Source: Albugo candida
Taxonomy: Eukaryota
Assembly: GCA_040437565.1 (NCBI GenBank)
Contig: JBDOQK010000034.1
Coordinates: forward strand, 248,001-312,000
Direction: 5' to 3'
DNA: 64,000 nucleotides
Shown here one piece after another: positions 24,012 through 34,463 of this stretch. The stretch's first letter is position 1; each line of letters starts with the position of its first letter. The notes under the pieces were generated by a model that was not told the origin of the DNA, ran no database searches, and saw only the letters and a program-made list of their open reading frames with translations. The translations under genes were made by a program, and so were the position numbers.

Positions 24012-25637
24012 TTAATACAGAGGAGCACATGTTGATGAATGCGAGCGACGACGCTCAACAGGGGAAGTGAACTTTCCAGAGACTGACACCTCGGGAGTCG
24101 CAAGGCAAATTCGACGAGCAGCAAAGCCACGAGTTCCATCTGGGCCTGAGGCTTGACGGTACGAGAGAGTTGCAACATCTCCAGCTTGAGCCGATGAGAC
24201 TCGAGGAGATGAAAGTGCCAGCTTCGGTCGTGATCCATTTGAGGAGGAGCGTGAACGGAATAAATTTGGTTGTGACGAGGGAGTTCCCACGGTACTCGAA
24301 CGATTACGACTTTCCCAACGACCTGGGCTTGGTGCACGAAATTCGGTGGGCGTCGGGCTGGCACTTGAACTTGATGGAGGTCGAAATTCCAATCTGACTT
24401 TAGAGGCATACTTGCGGCCGCTCTTTTTGTTTTTTCCGACAGTGAAAGAAACATAGTCTCCAGGTCGGATGTCCATATTACCATCTTCATCGGGAACTAA
24501 TCGGAAGGAGATTGCTGCGTTCTCCAGTCGAGTAGGATTAATCAGACCACCAGCTCCACGGATAGAGTAGACAGTGCCAGTGCTAACTCTTCCTTCCTGT
24601 AAGCCATCAAGTCCTTCCCCAACGGCATCTACGTGTACTGGGCGACTCACCGCAGAGGTTGAACGAGCACGTCGACGATCTCCACCCATTTCAACTGGGA
24701 ACATCTTTTGCTTGAGTTTGTCACAGTTGGTTCCATCGAATAAAACCACCTGCATTCCGGTTCGCCAATTGTATTGGTCCGATAAAGTGAGTACGGCATG
24801 TTTGGCCATTTCTTCGTCAGTGAATTCTATTATAGCATACGTTTCACCGGCATTGATTGGTGGTTTCAATACAGCGTTTCTTCCAGTTGATGTGTTCTGC
24901 TTCAGTAATCGCAAATATGAAATGGTTCCGCACTCAATGAATTTTTCTCGCAAGAAAGCAATTGATGCATCTTCAGGAAGATTGTAAGCAATAGCCGTTC
25001 GTGCCAATTTCCCATTATAAGAGTGTTCGGGAGCCAAAGGTTCTTTGCGACAGACCATAGTTTCATCTTCATTCATGATCAATTTAGTCGATACTTCCAG
25101 CGCTTCTCTCAAAAGACTCAAGTCCGATGTCAGCTTCTTTATACGACCGAACGAAGCAAGCAACTCAAGTTTCACGTAGCCATCTGCGTTCATATTTTTC
25201 AGCAAGTACAAGTCTCCAAGTAGGTTGTCGTCACAGAAATAGAACTCCAACTGATCACACACTGAGCGTAAAAAAGTTGCCGGTAATTGAATTCGTAATG
25301 GCGAAGCTGATTCGTCTTCAGGTACTGAGGCCTCTTGCGAATCATGGTCGCCTGGGTCTACAAAAGACAACGCATCGAAACTCGGAAGAGTCTCAACTCC
25401 ATTCGCATCAACAAAATCACCGTTGGATGGAGAATTCATAGGTGCCATAATGTCCACTGCTGGTGGTGGTGGTAAAGGGAGCTGTGAATTCGAAGCCATG
25501 CCCAATTGTTTCGAATATTTCCAAGTAGTATTTCCAATTGTCGCAGGACGAATGGGAGCGGATGCAGATCGACTCCTACTCAGAGAGTAATATTGAGACG
25601 CTAATTGAGCCATGACATCATCTTCATGCGATTCCAT
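24012..25637 (-). CDS. LARP6: La-related protein (LARP6-like): La motif + RRM + cold-shock-like domain + SUZ-C/LSA motif
   Basis: La motif QLEFYFCDDNLLGDLYLLKNM..DGYVKLELLASFGRIKKLT; RRM RTAIAYNLP...YAIIEF...NWRTGMQV; C-terminal RQASGPDGTRGF. Confidence 0.85.
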   Translation of the reverse strand: MESHEDDVMAQLASQYYSLSRSRSASAPIRPATIGNTTWKYSKQLGMASNSQLPLPPPPAVDIMAPMNSPSNGDFVDANGVETLPSFDALSFVDPGDHDSQEASVPEDESASPLRIQLPATFLRSVCDQLEFYFCDDNLLGDLYLLKNMNADGYVKLELLASFGRIKKLTSDLSLLREALEVSTKLIMNEDETMVCRKEPLAPEHSYNGKLARTAIAYNLPEDASIAFLREKFIECGTISYLRLLKQNTSTGRNAVLKPPINAGETYAIIEFTDEEMAKHAVLTLSDQYNWRTGMQVVLFDGTNCDKLKQKMFPVEMGGDRRRARSTSAVSRPVHVDAVGEGLDGLQEGRVSTGTVYSIRGAGGLINPTRLENAAISFRLVPDEDGNMDIRPGDYVSFTVGKNKKSGRKYASKVRLEFRPPSSSSASPTPTEFRAPSPGRWESRNRSSTVGTPSSQPNLFRSRSSSNGSRPKLALSSPRVSSAQAGDVATLSYRQASGPDGTRGFAARRICLATPEVSVSGKFTSPVERRRSHSSTCAPLY

Positions 25638-26388
25638 TGCTGAGAAAACGTAATATCGATTCAATATTGAATAGTAACGAGTGCGTTAGAGAAACACGAG
25701 CAGTGAATAAGTAGTACGTTCACCCAGCCCACCTGATGAATAAGATGAAAGTTCGGTTGTTGGTGGCAGCTGTTACTCGTTATTTAAAATAGTATCAAAT
25801 GAAAACAAAGTGTTAGCCCCCAGAGTTACGGTATGATGTATTGACCACACCACTTACGACACGCTCAGCCTCTTCCTTATTCTCTTCTATCTTTATAGGC
25901 TTGATTTTTCTATACCAGCCAGCCGAGTTCTGAGACAATAAGGTCAACAGTAATTGTATAGAAAGTAACCTTATCGCTTCAAGAATCGGATAGCCTTTTC
26001 TTCCTCTATGTGACTACATGTCGCCAGAAAAGTAAAATAATTAGAAACACATCTTTCGTAGAAGCTTGTAGGTACATACTCGACAAGACGAAACCAAAAC
26101 TGGTCACCTGATACAACTTTCGATCGTACCCTCGGCCGATGACGTTATAACCGATAGCGCAGCTGCAAAATGAAAAAGGATGCCACGTTTAGAGAAGAAT
26201 CAGCTGTGCGCAACTCTTATGTACTGCGTCAGGCGCGCCCTTGATTGATGCATTTGACGAATAGTGATGAATTTAGGCGTTAAAAAACGGTAAGCTAGTC
26301 GGAAACTTTCTTCCAGCGAGAAGAAAAGTTGTCACGCGGCACTACATCCTTCTGACTCACAAACGAAACAGTTGGCTGTGCCTTTTTT

Positions 26389-27747
26389 TCAAATAGACCG
26401 CTCTAAAGTCGGCAAAAATGATTTTGCAGAAGTCGAATGGCGGCTACTGTTTTCTGCTGGATTTGATCCATACGATTCCTATGACGGAGCGAAAGATAAG
26501 ATACTAATCGATCTGTTGTCTTACACGAGTATCAACGGACCTGGACTTCCGTGTACTTGATCGCAATGTAATCTAGATCTGTGATTCGTGTTGCAATAAA
26601 CTGCAATAAACGCTCAAGATACTTTGCTGTTTCAACTTTCTCTTCTCGTAAGACCGGAAGTTTGGCATCGAGATTATGTCGACATCGATCAAACAGATTT
26701 GTGACCGTCATTGTTATCTCGCCCAGTTCACGATTACGATTGTTTGCACTTTTGTCGCTGCGTAGTAGATCGAGATCTAATCTTGATACCTCTGATCGCA
26801 GATATTCTAGCTTTTGCTGTAAACTGATTGAATGGACAGCGTCAGGTGCAAGCAACTCTATGTTAGCACAGTGTACCGGTGTATTTCACTGTTCCGATTA
26901 AGAGTCAGATTCTGCAGCTCCATTTGCAATGCTCGAATATTAAGACGCAATTGTTCAGTCTGGAAGAGCCAGTAACGGTCACAATCATGTATCTATTCGA
27001 CTCAATCACTAACCTCAGTTTCCGCTGCATAGATTCGTTCTGCAAGATGATTCTTGGTATCGACAAGGATTGCATGTCGATTAAGCATGTCGCCTATCTC
27101 CTCATACTCCCCATCTGAGAATTCGACGGTAGCTTCTAGATATACTTTGTATCGAAGCAGCTGGTCTAAAAAGATACTCTAGTCAGTACTTTTCTAATTG
27201 TTTCAATGTGTGATCCTTTTCCTCACCACGTTGTTTCTGCAGCGTCTCCTTTTCCGCCAAGTCTTTTTCTAGCTGTGCTTTCAGCTGTTTTCTCTTCACT
27301 TCGTTGAGTTCGAACGACCGACGCTCAGATTTGTATCTCGCTTCCGCTTTAAGACATTTTGATTCGTTCTCCTTGATGAATTTATCGAATTTTTGAATCT
27401 GTTCTTTCATTTCCAGTTGTTTTCGTGAAAGTTCTTGTTCCTTGGCATAGCATGCCTCCATCCGTTGAGCATAATCCTCTTTCATAAATTCCAGTGCGTC
27501 ATCAATCTCACGTAATTCTTTTCTTTTCTTCATCAAAAGAGTCGATTGAGATATTTGAGATGCACCGGATACCACCGGGAATAGCTTCTTTATCTCATGG
27601 CGAAGAATCGGAACACTTTAAAGGTGAAATAAATGAAAATATGATCAGGACAAATTGCGTGATCACTTACTTTGGTACTTTTGTTTCAGTTATAAAAACG
27701 TTCTTCTTTATTTCTTCGTACTCATCTTCCTGCTGATTTTCACTCAT
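26389..27747 (-). CDS. CCDC42/CFAP73-like coiled-coil flagellar protein (DUF4200 family), multi-exon
   Basis: STLLMKKRKELREIDDALEFMKEDYAQRMEAC..KEQEL...QIQKFDKFIKENESK. First exon MSENQQEDEY ends at a GTAAGT donor. The 3' end is inferred from splicing. Confidence 0.75.
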
Positions 27748-27904
27748 TTCGGCCTAGAATAAGACGAAATGCAGAACGATCGATTCGTGTCATCAGTTAC
27801 AGTTCGTCGCACATAAATGCGGATTTGCCATTGGTTTAGATTTAGCTTTCGTCATTTTTGACCAATCAGCAAGCTAAAGTAGCGCCTCCATTAAAATCGA
27901 CTCA
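27748..27904. promoter_or_regulatory. Bidirectional promoter with two oppositely oriented CCAAT boxes
   Basis: 157 bp between divergent ATGs; contains CCATTGGTT (~27828) and GACCAATCAG (~27860). Confidence 0.45.
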
Positions 27905-30025
27905 ATGGAATTCGAGTCAAAGTCTTTATTGTGGCAGGTATCACGATCGAATGATCAAGTCATTGGGACTCGTATCCACACAACAAAGAGTGCCGAGAAA
28001 AGCATCCTTATTTCCAGCAAAAACGAAATCGTGGAGTTTTCGTTACCCCAAGTGAAACATTTGAATCACTGGGTTCTGCGACCAGCTATACAAATTAAAA
28101 TTGGAGCAGTAAAAAACACGAACTCACAAACGTACTTTGCTCCCATTCAGCTTGAAAAAAATCAAACAATCGCATCGTGGAAAGAAAGTGAGACTGACGC
28201 TTCGAAATGGAACAATGTGGACTTGCAATGTTCTACACAAATTTTCGACATCTTTGTTCATCCGCTCTTACGTGAAGGATGCATTGCTGTCATGGAAGAT
28301 GCGAGCATTTATTTCGTGACGGAGTGTCCTCTCCGTACAATAAGATTGCACGAAAACAAAGATAAATCATGTAAATGTACGGTCTCGTGGGCTGAAATGG
28401 CTGATACTAACCGAAAATCAGGATCGGGACCCTCGACATTTCTATTTATTCTCACCAGAAACACGGAAACACTTATATATGAGATGAACGTCTTCCTGCT
28501 GTCTCCTTCTCCAAAAGGCACTCTCGAAGGACCTCGAATGTCCTATCTAGCGAAGCGAGAGTTACACCAGAATGAGTCGGCGCGTAATGCTCGTGATTTC
28601 ACTGTAACTTCTTGTGCATTCCATGATGAGATGATTGCAAATTCGATCGTCTGGTCGAATGGAGACTGGGAGTTGCTTCAGTGGCATTATGATTCGCTCA
28701 ATATGGAACTCAGAGATATCGGCAAACGAAATATGCCGCACCTCGCAGCAATGGAAACCAAGCCTGGGCTTGGATCCAGTAAAAAGCGCAAGCATGAGTC
28801 AGAAAATTTGAATAGATATCAATATGTCGTAAGCTCGATTGGGCTTGGAGGCTACTTGCTTTTCGCAAATACCGCTTCTTTGACGACCATCACTTCTTGG
28901 AATGTGCGATACGGAGCGCAGGTTGCTTGCACTCCAGCAGATTGGAGCGATTTGATTGCTCAGAACTGTAACAGAAATTTGGGCAGACTTCACGGGCTTT
29001 TATCTCCCCCGATTGGAGATCTAGTCATTGCTGAGTTCGACAATGGAGTTGGTATGCTAACTATCCGAACAACCCAGCCTACATTAGCATCAGTATTGGG
29101 TTGTGGTGCACTCAAGGAACGTGAAGGCCAGTACAAGCTGCAAGCTGACAAAATTTCGACGATGGAAAGTCCGAGCGCATCGCACTCAGCTGACTTCCTT
29201 GCAAAAGACTGGAAACAATGCCCTTTTGAAATGCTTATACATGCTGGTCGAGTATGTCTCAAACAACCTGATCAGAATACGTGGTGTGCACTACAAAGAA
29301 TTGTCGAATCGAATCGACTCACTTCTGGAACAATTCCGTCACTCATGTCTACGTTGATGCGAAAGCAGCAATTTTCTGCATTGGATAAAGCGATCAATAA
29401 TCTCGTTGACATTGATGAGAGATGCCTTATTCGGATATTACAATACGTTCTAAAAAATCGTAGCAATTCTGCCTTACAGGCGTACGTGATTACCCAGTAT
29501 CGACATCAAAATAGTGCCGCTCAACAGGACGACGGACTCTCAAATATGGGGAGATTCGACATGCTGTGTGAATATTTTATCGCAAGCGTTATGAAGAGAC
29601 CTGTGAATGATGTTTTTTTGCATGCTGCGATTCAATTACTTAATGTCGACGAAGCATTGGCATTATTAGCACTGTGTCAGCGATTTTTGTTGATCAACAC
29701 ATCGCATGCAAGAGCTGATCAAACAAATGATGCTTATCTGCAATGGTTCATGAAGTGGTGTCCCCCTCCAGCGGTCGTGTTACATTGGATCAGCGTTTTG
29801 CTGGACACACACTACAGCGCCGTTGTATTGCTCGGTGGAGAGAATCTCAAGAAAATTCAGCAAGACTTTGAAACTCTTGCAAGAATTTTAGAGCTAGAAT
29901 CGAGTCGGATCTTAGAAGAAGAAAGGCTAAAAGTTATTTTGGAATCCGTGGTGGCATCAGGCAGGAGCAGATGCTCTACAACGCGGATGGTGGCTGATTA
30001 TAGCATCGAACAAGTTGAATTCTAG
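27905..30025 (+). CDS. NOL11: Nucleolar protein 11 / Utp8-like (SSU processome)
   Basis: 706-aa intronless ORF with LVDIDERCLIRIL, VLHWISVLLDTHY and a C-terminal YSIEQVEF resembling NOL11 family ends. Confidence 0.7.
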   Translation: MEFESKSLLWQVSRSNDQVIGTRIHTTKSAEKSILISSKNEIVEFSLPQVKHLNHWVLRPAIQIKIGAVKNTNSQTYFAPIQLEKNQTIASWKESETDASKWNNVDLQCSTQIFDIFVHPLLREGCIAVMEDASIYFVTECPLRTIRLHENKDKSCKCTVSWAEMADTNRKSGSGPSTFLFILTRNTETLIYEMNVFLLSPSPKGTLEGPRMSYLAKRELHQNESARNARDFTVTSCAFHDEMIANSIVWSNGDWELLQWHYDSLNMELRDIGKRNMPHLAAMETKPGLGSSKKRKHESENLNRYQYVVSSIGLGGYLLFANTASLTTITSWNVRYGAQVACTPADWSDLIAQNCNRNLGRLHGLLSPPIGDLVIAEFDNGVGMLTIRTTQPTLASVLGCGALKEREGQYKLQADKISTMESPSASHSADFLAKDWKQCPFEMLIHAGRVCLKQPDQNTWCALQRIVESNRLTSGTIPSLMSTLMRKQQFSALDKAINNLVDIDERCLIRILQYVLKNRSNSALQAYVITQYRHQNSAAQQDDGLSNMGRFDMLCEYFIASVMKRPVNDVFLHAAIQLLNVDEALALLALCQRFLLINTSHARADQTNDAYLQWFMKWCPPPAVVLHWISVLLDTHYSAVVLLGGENLKKIQQDFETLARILELESSRILEEERLKVILESVVASGRSRCSTTRMVADYSIEQVEF

Positions 30026-30293
30026 CAGGAATAAATCAGACTCTTACAAAAGCTGGTCCATTTACTTGAATAAGAGAGACAGCCGATCCGCCTTGCAAAC
30101 TTGATTGGTCGATCTTCTGCATGAGTCTGTCAAACTGCGCTCTATTAACTTGCGTAGGAATAGCATAAGCAGGGTGCTAACAGGAGGATACGTGCTCTCT
30201 ATAGTATATAAATAAATTGGACAAGGAAGGTAGTTAAAGAGCCAGATAAAGAGTGTGATGAAATCCTTGACAAAGTATAGAAATAAAGGTGCT

Positions 30294-30307
30294 TCACTTC
30301 ACATTTT
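30294..30307 (+). promoter_or_regulatory. Oomycete INR+FPR-like core promoter element
   Basis: TCACTTCACATTTT 10 bp upstream of ATG 30318 matches the TCAYTY..CAWTTT consensus. Confidence 0.5.
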
Positions 30308-30317
30308 TTCATTTCAA

Positions 30318-31412
30318 ATGGATCGCGCACTTGTTCTATTCTTCCTTGTTTCTGCGACGCAAGTTGCGATTCTCAATTCGAAAGCTTTGCTAGAAGTAGA
30401 AATTGAGACGCAAATCAAAAAACCTCCGAAGTTTGAGGCAGCTTTGACTTACAAAGATAAGACTGCTGGGAAAGGAGATGGACAATACGACATGGTCATT
30501 AACTTCGATGACAAAAACTGCAATAAGAAAAATTACACTTATTCTTCTCCTATCGGAGCTTGGGAGGAAGATAAAGTTCTTGTACTCCGTGCTCCTATGA
30601 AAATCGCTTCGGTCAGAGTTTACAATGGCCCAACAAAGAAGAACGAAGGTTGGTCTTTGGTATCAAGTTACGACGCCGAACGAGCAAAAGCGCAAAATCT
30701 ACTCTTCTTTGCTAATAGAGATATCTCGTTCGATAAAAAAGTATCTAAATCACCATTATGCTTTGTGAAAGCTGATGGACAAACGAAGTCAACCACCCCA
30801 GAGGTGTTCAATGGTTTGCTTCAAGATTGTAAACTGGATGGTGGTAAGTGTAATGGCTACGATGAAATGGAGCGTTCTGGAGCTGAAATTATCTTGCAAA
30901 CGAGTGAAAAATGCGATTCAAAAGATTCTTCGGGTAAAGGGTGCAAAGGATATCATGGTGAATCTGCATATCGTGGCTGGTCTGGCCAGCGTACTATCTT
31001 CTATATCAGAGCTGCATTCATACAAAGTAATTATACGAACCGTCCAGCAATATGGATGCTCAATTCGCAAATTGTAAATGCTCAGCAATACCTCTGTAAT
31101 TGCCGTGGTATGGGCGAAATAGGTGGATGTGGTGAGCTCGATATCGCTGAGGTAATTGAAACTGATAAAGAGCGTGAGTATCTATCCTCCGAAAACTATT
31201 GTTCGGATTATAAGAAACTGAAATGCACCAATGGATTTCCTAATTATGCAAAACGATCCTTCGACATGATGAACTATGTTGTAATTTTTGATGCAACAAA
31301 GTCGTTGATAAAGATTTTAGTATTGGGTGATCATAGGGGTTTTACCTTCAGCGATGATACCCTCTCGGACGACTTTGTAACTCAGCTGCAAGAATTGGAA
31401 ATCAAACACTAG
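30318..31412 (+). CDS. Secreted Tos1/YJL171C-like (circularly permuted GH16-like) putative beta-glucanase
   Basis: Signal peptide MDRALVLFFLVSATQVA; PAIWMLNSQIVNAQQYLCNCRGMG..GGCGELDIAEVI with ExDxxE catalytic motif. Confidence 0.85.
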   Translation: MDRALVLFFLVSATQVAILNSKALLEVEIETQIKKPPKFEAALTYKDKTAGKGDGQYDMVINFDDKNCNKKNYTYSSPIGAWEEDKVLVLRAPMKIASVRVYNGPTKKNEGWSLVSSYDAERAKAQNLLFFANRDISFDKKVSKSPLCFVKADGQTKSTTPEVFNGLLQDCKLDGGKCNGYDEMERSGAEIILQTSEKCDSKDSSGKGCKGYHGESAYRGWSGQRTIFYIRAAFIQSNYTNRPAIWMLNSQIVNAQQYLCNCRGMGEIGGCGELDIAEVIETDKEREYLSSENYCSDYKKLKCTNGFPNYAKRSFDMMNYVVIFDATKSLIKILVLGDHRGFTFSDDTLSDDFVTQLQELEIKH

Positions 31413-31508
31413 TGTACCGTAAGTTGTTGCTACGTTTCGCTATGTCGTGGGTTAAAATTCTTTGTTAACGTTGAGTACATACATATCAGTGACTGCTTGT
31501 ACGCATTG

Positions 31509-32922
31509 ATGCATTCGCTCACACCTTCTGAGCGCGCCGGTGTCTCATCTGTTCGCCAAACGCTGACTTGCTCGCTATGGTACCGCAATCCCTTCAATGC
31601 GGCCTGAGCACCTTATTGATCGGCTCCTATCACTAGTGTAAAGTTACTCAATGACCCGCATTGTTTGGACTGCAAACACAACTTTTGTAGGTTCGTGCTT
31701 ACAAATCGCACAGTCATACAATACGATAAATTGATAACTCAATCGTACTAACAGATTATGCATTCACGAATATGCTCGTGATTCCCAGCATTTGGGATGT
31801 CCGAAATGTCGATTACCTATCTACCCGAGTGAGATCATTCGTAATCACTCACTACAAAACTTGCTTCAAGCATGGCAATGTGTTGAAAGATCGATGGAAA
31901 ACTGCATTCAAGACATAGAAGAAGATGATACAACTGCGATATGCAGCTCATTGCAGTCGGAAACGACACTACTAATGACACAGGAGTTACAGGAACTACA
32001 CAAGCTGGTTGACGAGAAAGCTGCTTTTATTCAAAATTTCAATGATTTAAGCCTACCGGAGGTACACTCGCCAAGCTCTGTTGAGCGCGACAGTATTCAG
32101 GTACCTGTTGTTCCGAGCACAGAAGATATCGTAGGAGACTCGGAGAAGCCACTAAGTATGGTGGGAGAAACTCAGGAATGTTCTGCAGCGGTAATTGAAA
32201 CAACACACACTTGTCCGAAGACGTATGTGCTTGCAACTTCAAGTTTGAGCAAAACGCAAAAGTCGACGGTAAAACAAGCGTGCGAAGCGCTAGGTGGTGA
32301 TCTCAAGCATAAGTTAGAAGGAGGGAAAGAATCTTTATCAATATCTTCGTCTGTGACGCACTTGATCACGACGAGTAAGTCGGAAGCTCTTTCTACGACG
32401 CAGATTGTTCGGCGTTGCAAGCGAACCGCGAAATATATGATGGCATTGGCGCATGGAACTTTTATTGTCGACTTTGCCTGGATTGTTGCATCTTTAGCCG
32501 CAGCGCAGTGGGTTGATGAAGAGAATTATGAAATAGCTGGTGATATCCATTCCCAAGTCATGGGAAAGCCGAGCGAGAGCCGACTGAACCGGCTTCAGAC
32601 TGGTCAAAAGAGCGATCTTTTCTCATTGTTCCAGTTCGTCTTGCTATTTCGCCTCGAAGACTACGAGTATCAGGTGGATTCTCTTCGAGCAGTTGTTTCG
32701 GCATTTGATGGGCACATGACCCCAGAAGCTCATTTGATGGCACTAGATACTGGTGGAAGCATTAGACGCACGTGTGTAGGCATTGTTCCGAGAGGCACAT
32801 CAGCTCAATCAGCAAGAGAAAAGTATCACCAGTATCACATCCCGATTGTTCAGATTGCGTGGATTGTCGATTGCATCAGCCATCTTGAAATATTACCATT
32901 TGGCGAATACTTTCCTTACTGA
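31509..32922 (+). CDS. BRCA1: Compact BRCA1/BARD1-like protein: C3HC4 RING + tandem BRCT, 3 exons
   Basis: Two short upstream exons reconstruct CSLC..LLNDPHCLDCKHNFCRLCI...CPKCR. BRCT1: VTHLI...RTAKYMMALAHG..IVDFAWI...WVDEENYE. BRCT2 ends IVQIAWIVDCIS. Confidence 0.75.
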
Positions 32923-32985
32923 TTACAATATACATAATACGAATCTCGTCAAATAGAGTTCAAAGTGGGAAAATGGAATATTAAA

Positions 32986-33444
32986 TTACTGCATTTTTCG
33001 TTGCTTCCCGTCCACAGGCACTTGCATCTCGAATATGTCAAAACTTCCTTCCTGTTTGACTGAAACAGCACGATTTTTAGCTCTGCCGGTTCATTGTGAC
33101 GGCCAAGTACCTGCAATGTTGATGTTGGCATCGTGTGTAACACCAATGTATCGCTAAAAGGAAAATCAGCTCAAGTGCTCACTCTCGATCAAAAACAGTG
33201 CAATGGTCAAATTTATTACCTGCACACATTCTAATAATTCTTTCTGTAGCGCTGCAAGATCGACACCCGCGAGTATTTGACTTCCACGTTGATGTGCCAG
33301 TATTATCTGCAGTCGTTCTTTAGCTATTGATGCAGACATTGTCTTCGAGGAATTCAAGACAGCTGGAGCATGAGGAGTATCGTTAAAGAACGACTGGATC
33401 CATTTACGAGCACCGAGGCTTATTCCTCTAGTATTTGAAGCCAT
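32986..33444 (-). CDS. minE: Cell-division topological specificity factor MinE (nuclear-encoded, probably mitochondrial), 3 exons, 113 aa
   Basis: Exons 33444-33220, 33153-33111 and 33059-32986 with GT..AG introns give ...SASIAKERLQIILAHQR...LAALQKELLECVQRYI..THDANINIAVKQEGSFDIFEMQVPV. Confidence 0.88.
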
Positions 33445-34463
33445 CAACTTTGTCGTTGATCTTATCTCAATGAATGCAGAAAGCAATTGGTCATATTATA
33501 TTTTAGATTATGTACTATATATTTCACTAAATTTCATATGTAGNNNNNNNNNNNNNNNNNNNNNNNNNNNNNNNNNNNNNNNNNNNNNNNNNNNNNNNNN
33601 NNNNNNNNNNNNNNNNNNNNNNNNNNNNNNNNNNNNNNNNNNNGGCAAATGTCATCTGACTATGCAAGCGTCAAGTGGATATGTTTCTACCATGATACGT
33701 TCGCTACTACAGCTTAGCTAACGAAGCAATCAATTTGTCCATCATGACCACTTGATCAAGCGATACATTTTCATCTTGTCATGAAGACAGAGGAAGTGAA
33801 AAGTACATGATTGTAACACAAGGACACATCTATGACACTGACATATAGTGATATAGTCAATTTTTACTATTATGTACAATAATGTGGTCAGATAACTATG
33901 AAGTCCTTAGGCTCATTTGATTATGAAGGCGGATTTCTAAAACAGGAATCTGCTTTCTCGCACTGTATATCACAAAGAGGTTCCTCATTCCACGCTTAGC
34001 ATGTAGCACACATGACAATTACTCAGAGTTTTTTAAGTTACGCTGATTTATCTCCATTGAAATGTCAGACAGGGATAATTACAACTCATCCTCGTAATTT
34101 TGACTACTACTAATGAATAGTACACATTTGTGATCAGACTATTGGGGTGTGAGACCCCGAAACATATTCTCTCTTCATCGAGACACTCGAAGCGAGCTGG
34201 GTTAGCTGTAAGTCATCATCACACAAAGAGGTACATACCCTCGAAATGAAACGTTCATGTCTCTACAAGAGATCAAATGCGCTCAACATAACATATTTGT
34301 TAATACTGCCTGGGGCGGCGACATTATTTTGATGTAATCATCACGTTCAGAATTGAATTATGATTATACTCTACCATAGTCAATCGTTTGCGAGCGACCA
34401 GAGCCAGTCATGTTGAGACCGCAAATAACGAAACCGGTTATATAAAGTAATGTATCATCGACT

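Noticed and set aside
32986-33444. Bacterial contamination as the source of MinE (and of Der or the Adc-like gene)
   Set aside because: These genes have spliceosomal introns and sit among eukaryotic genes of the same composition
34144-34158. Small GGGGT...ACCCC hairpin in the MinE-ABCA intergenic region
   Set aside because: A 5-bp stem is expected by chance; no ncRNA family features
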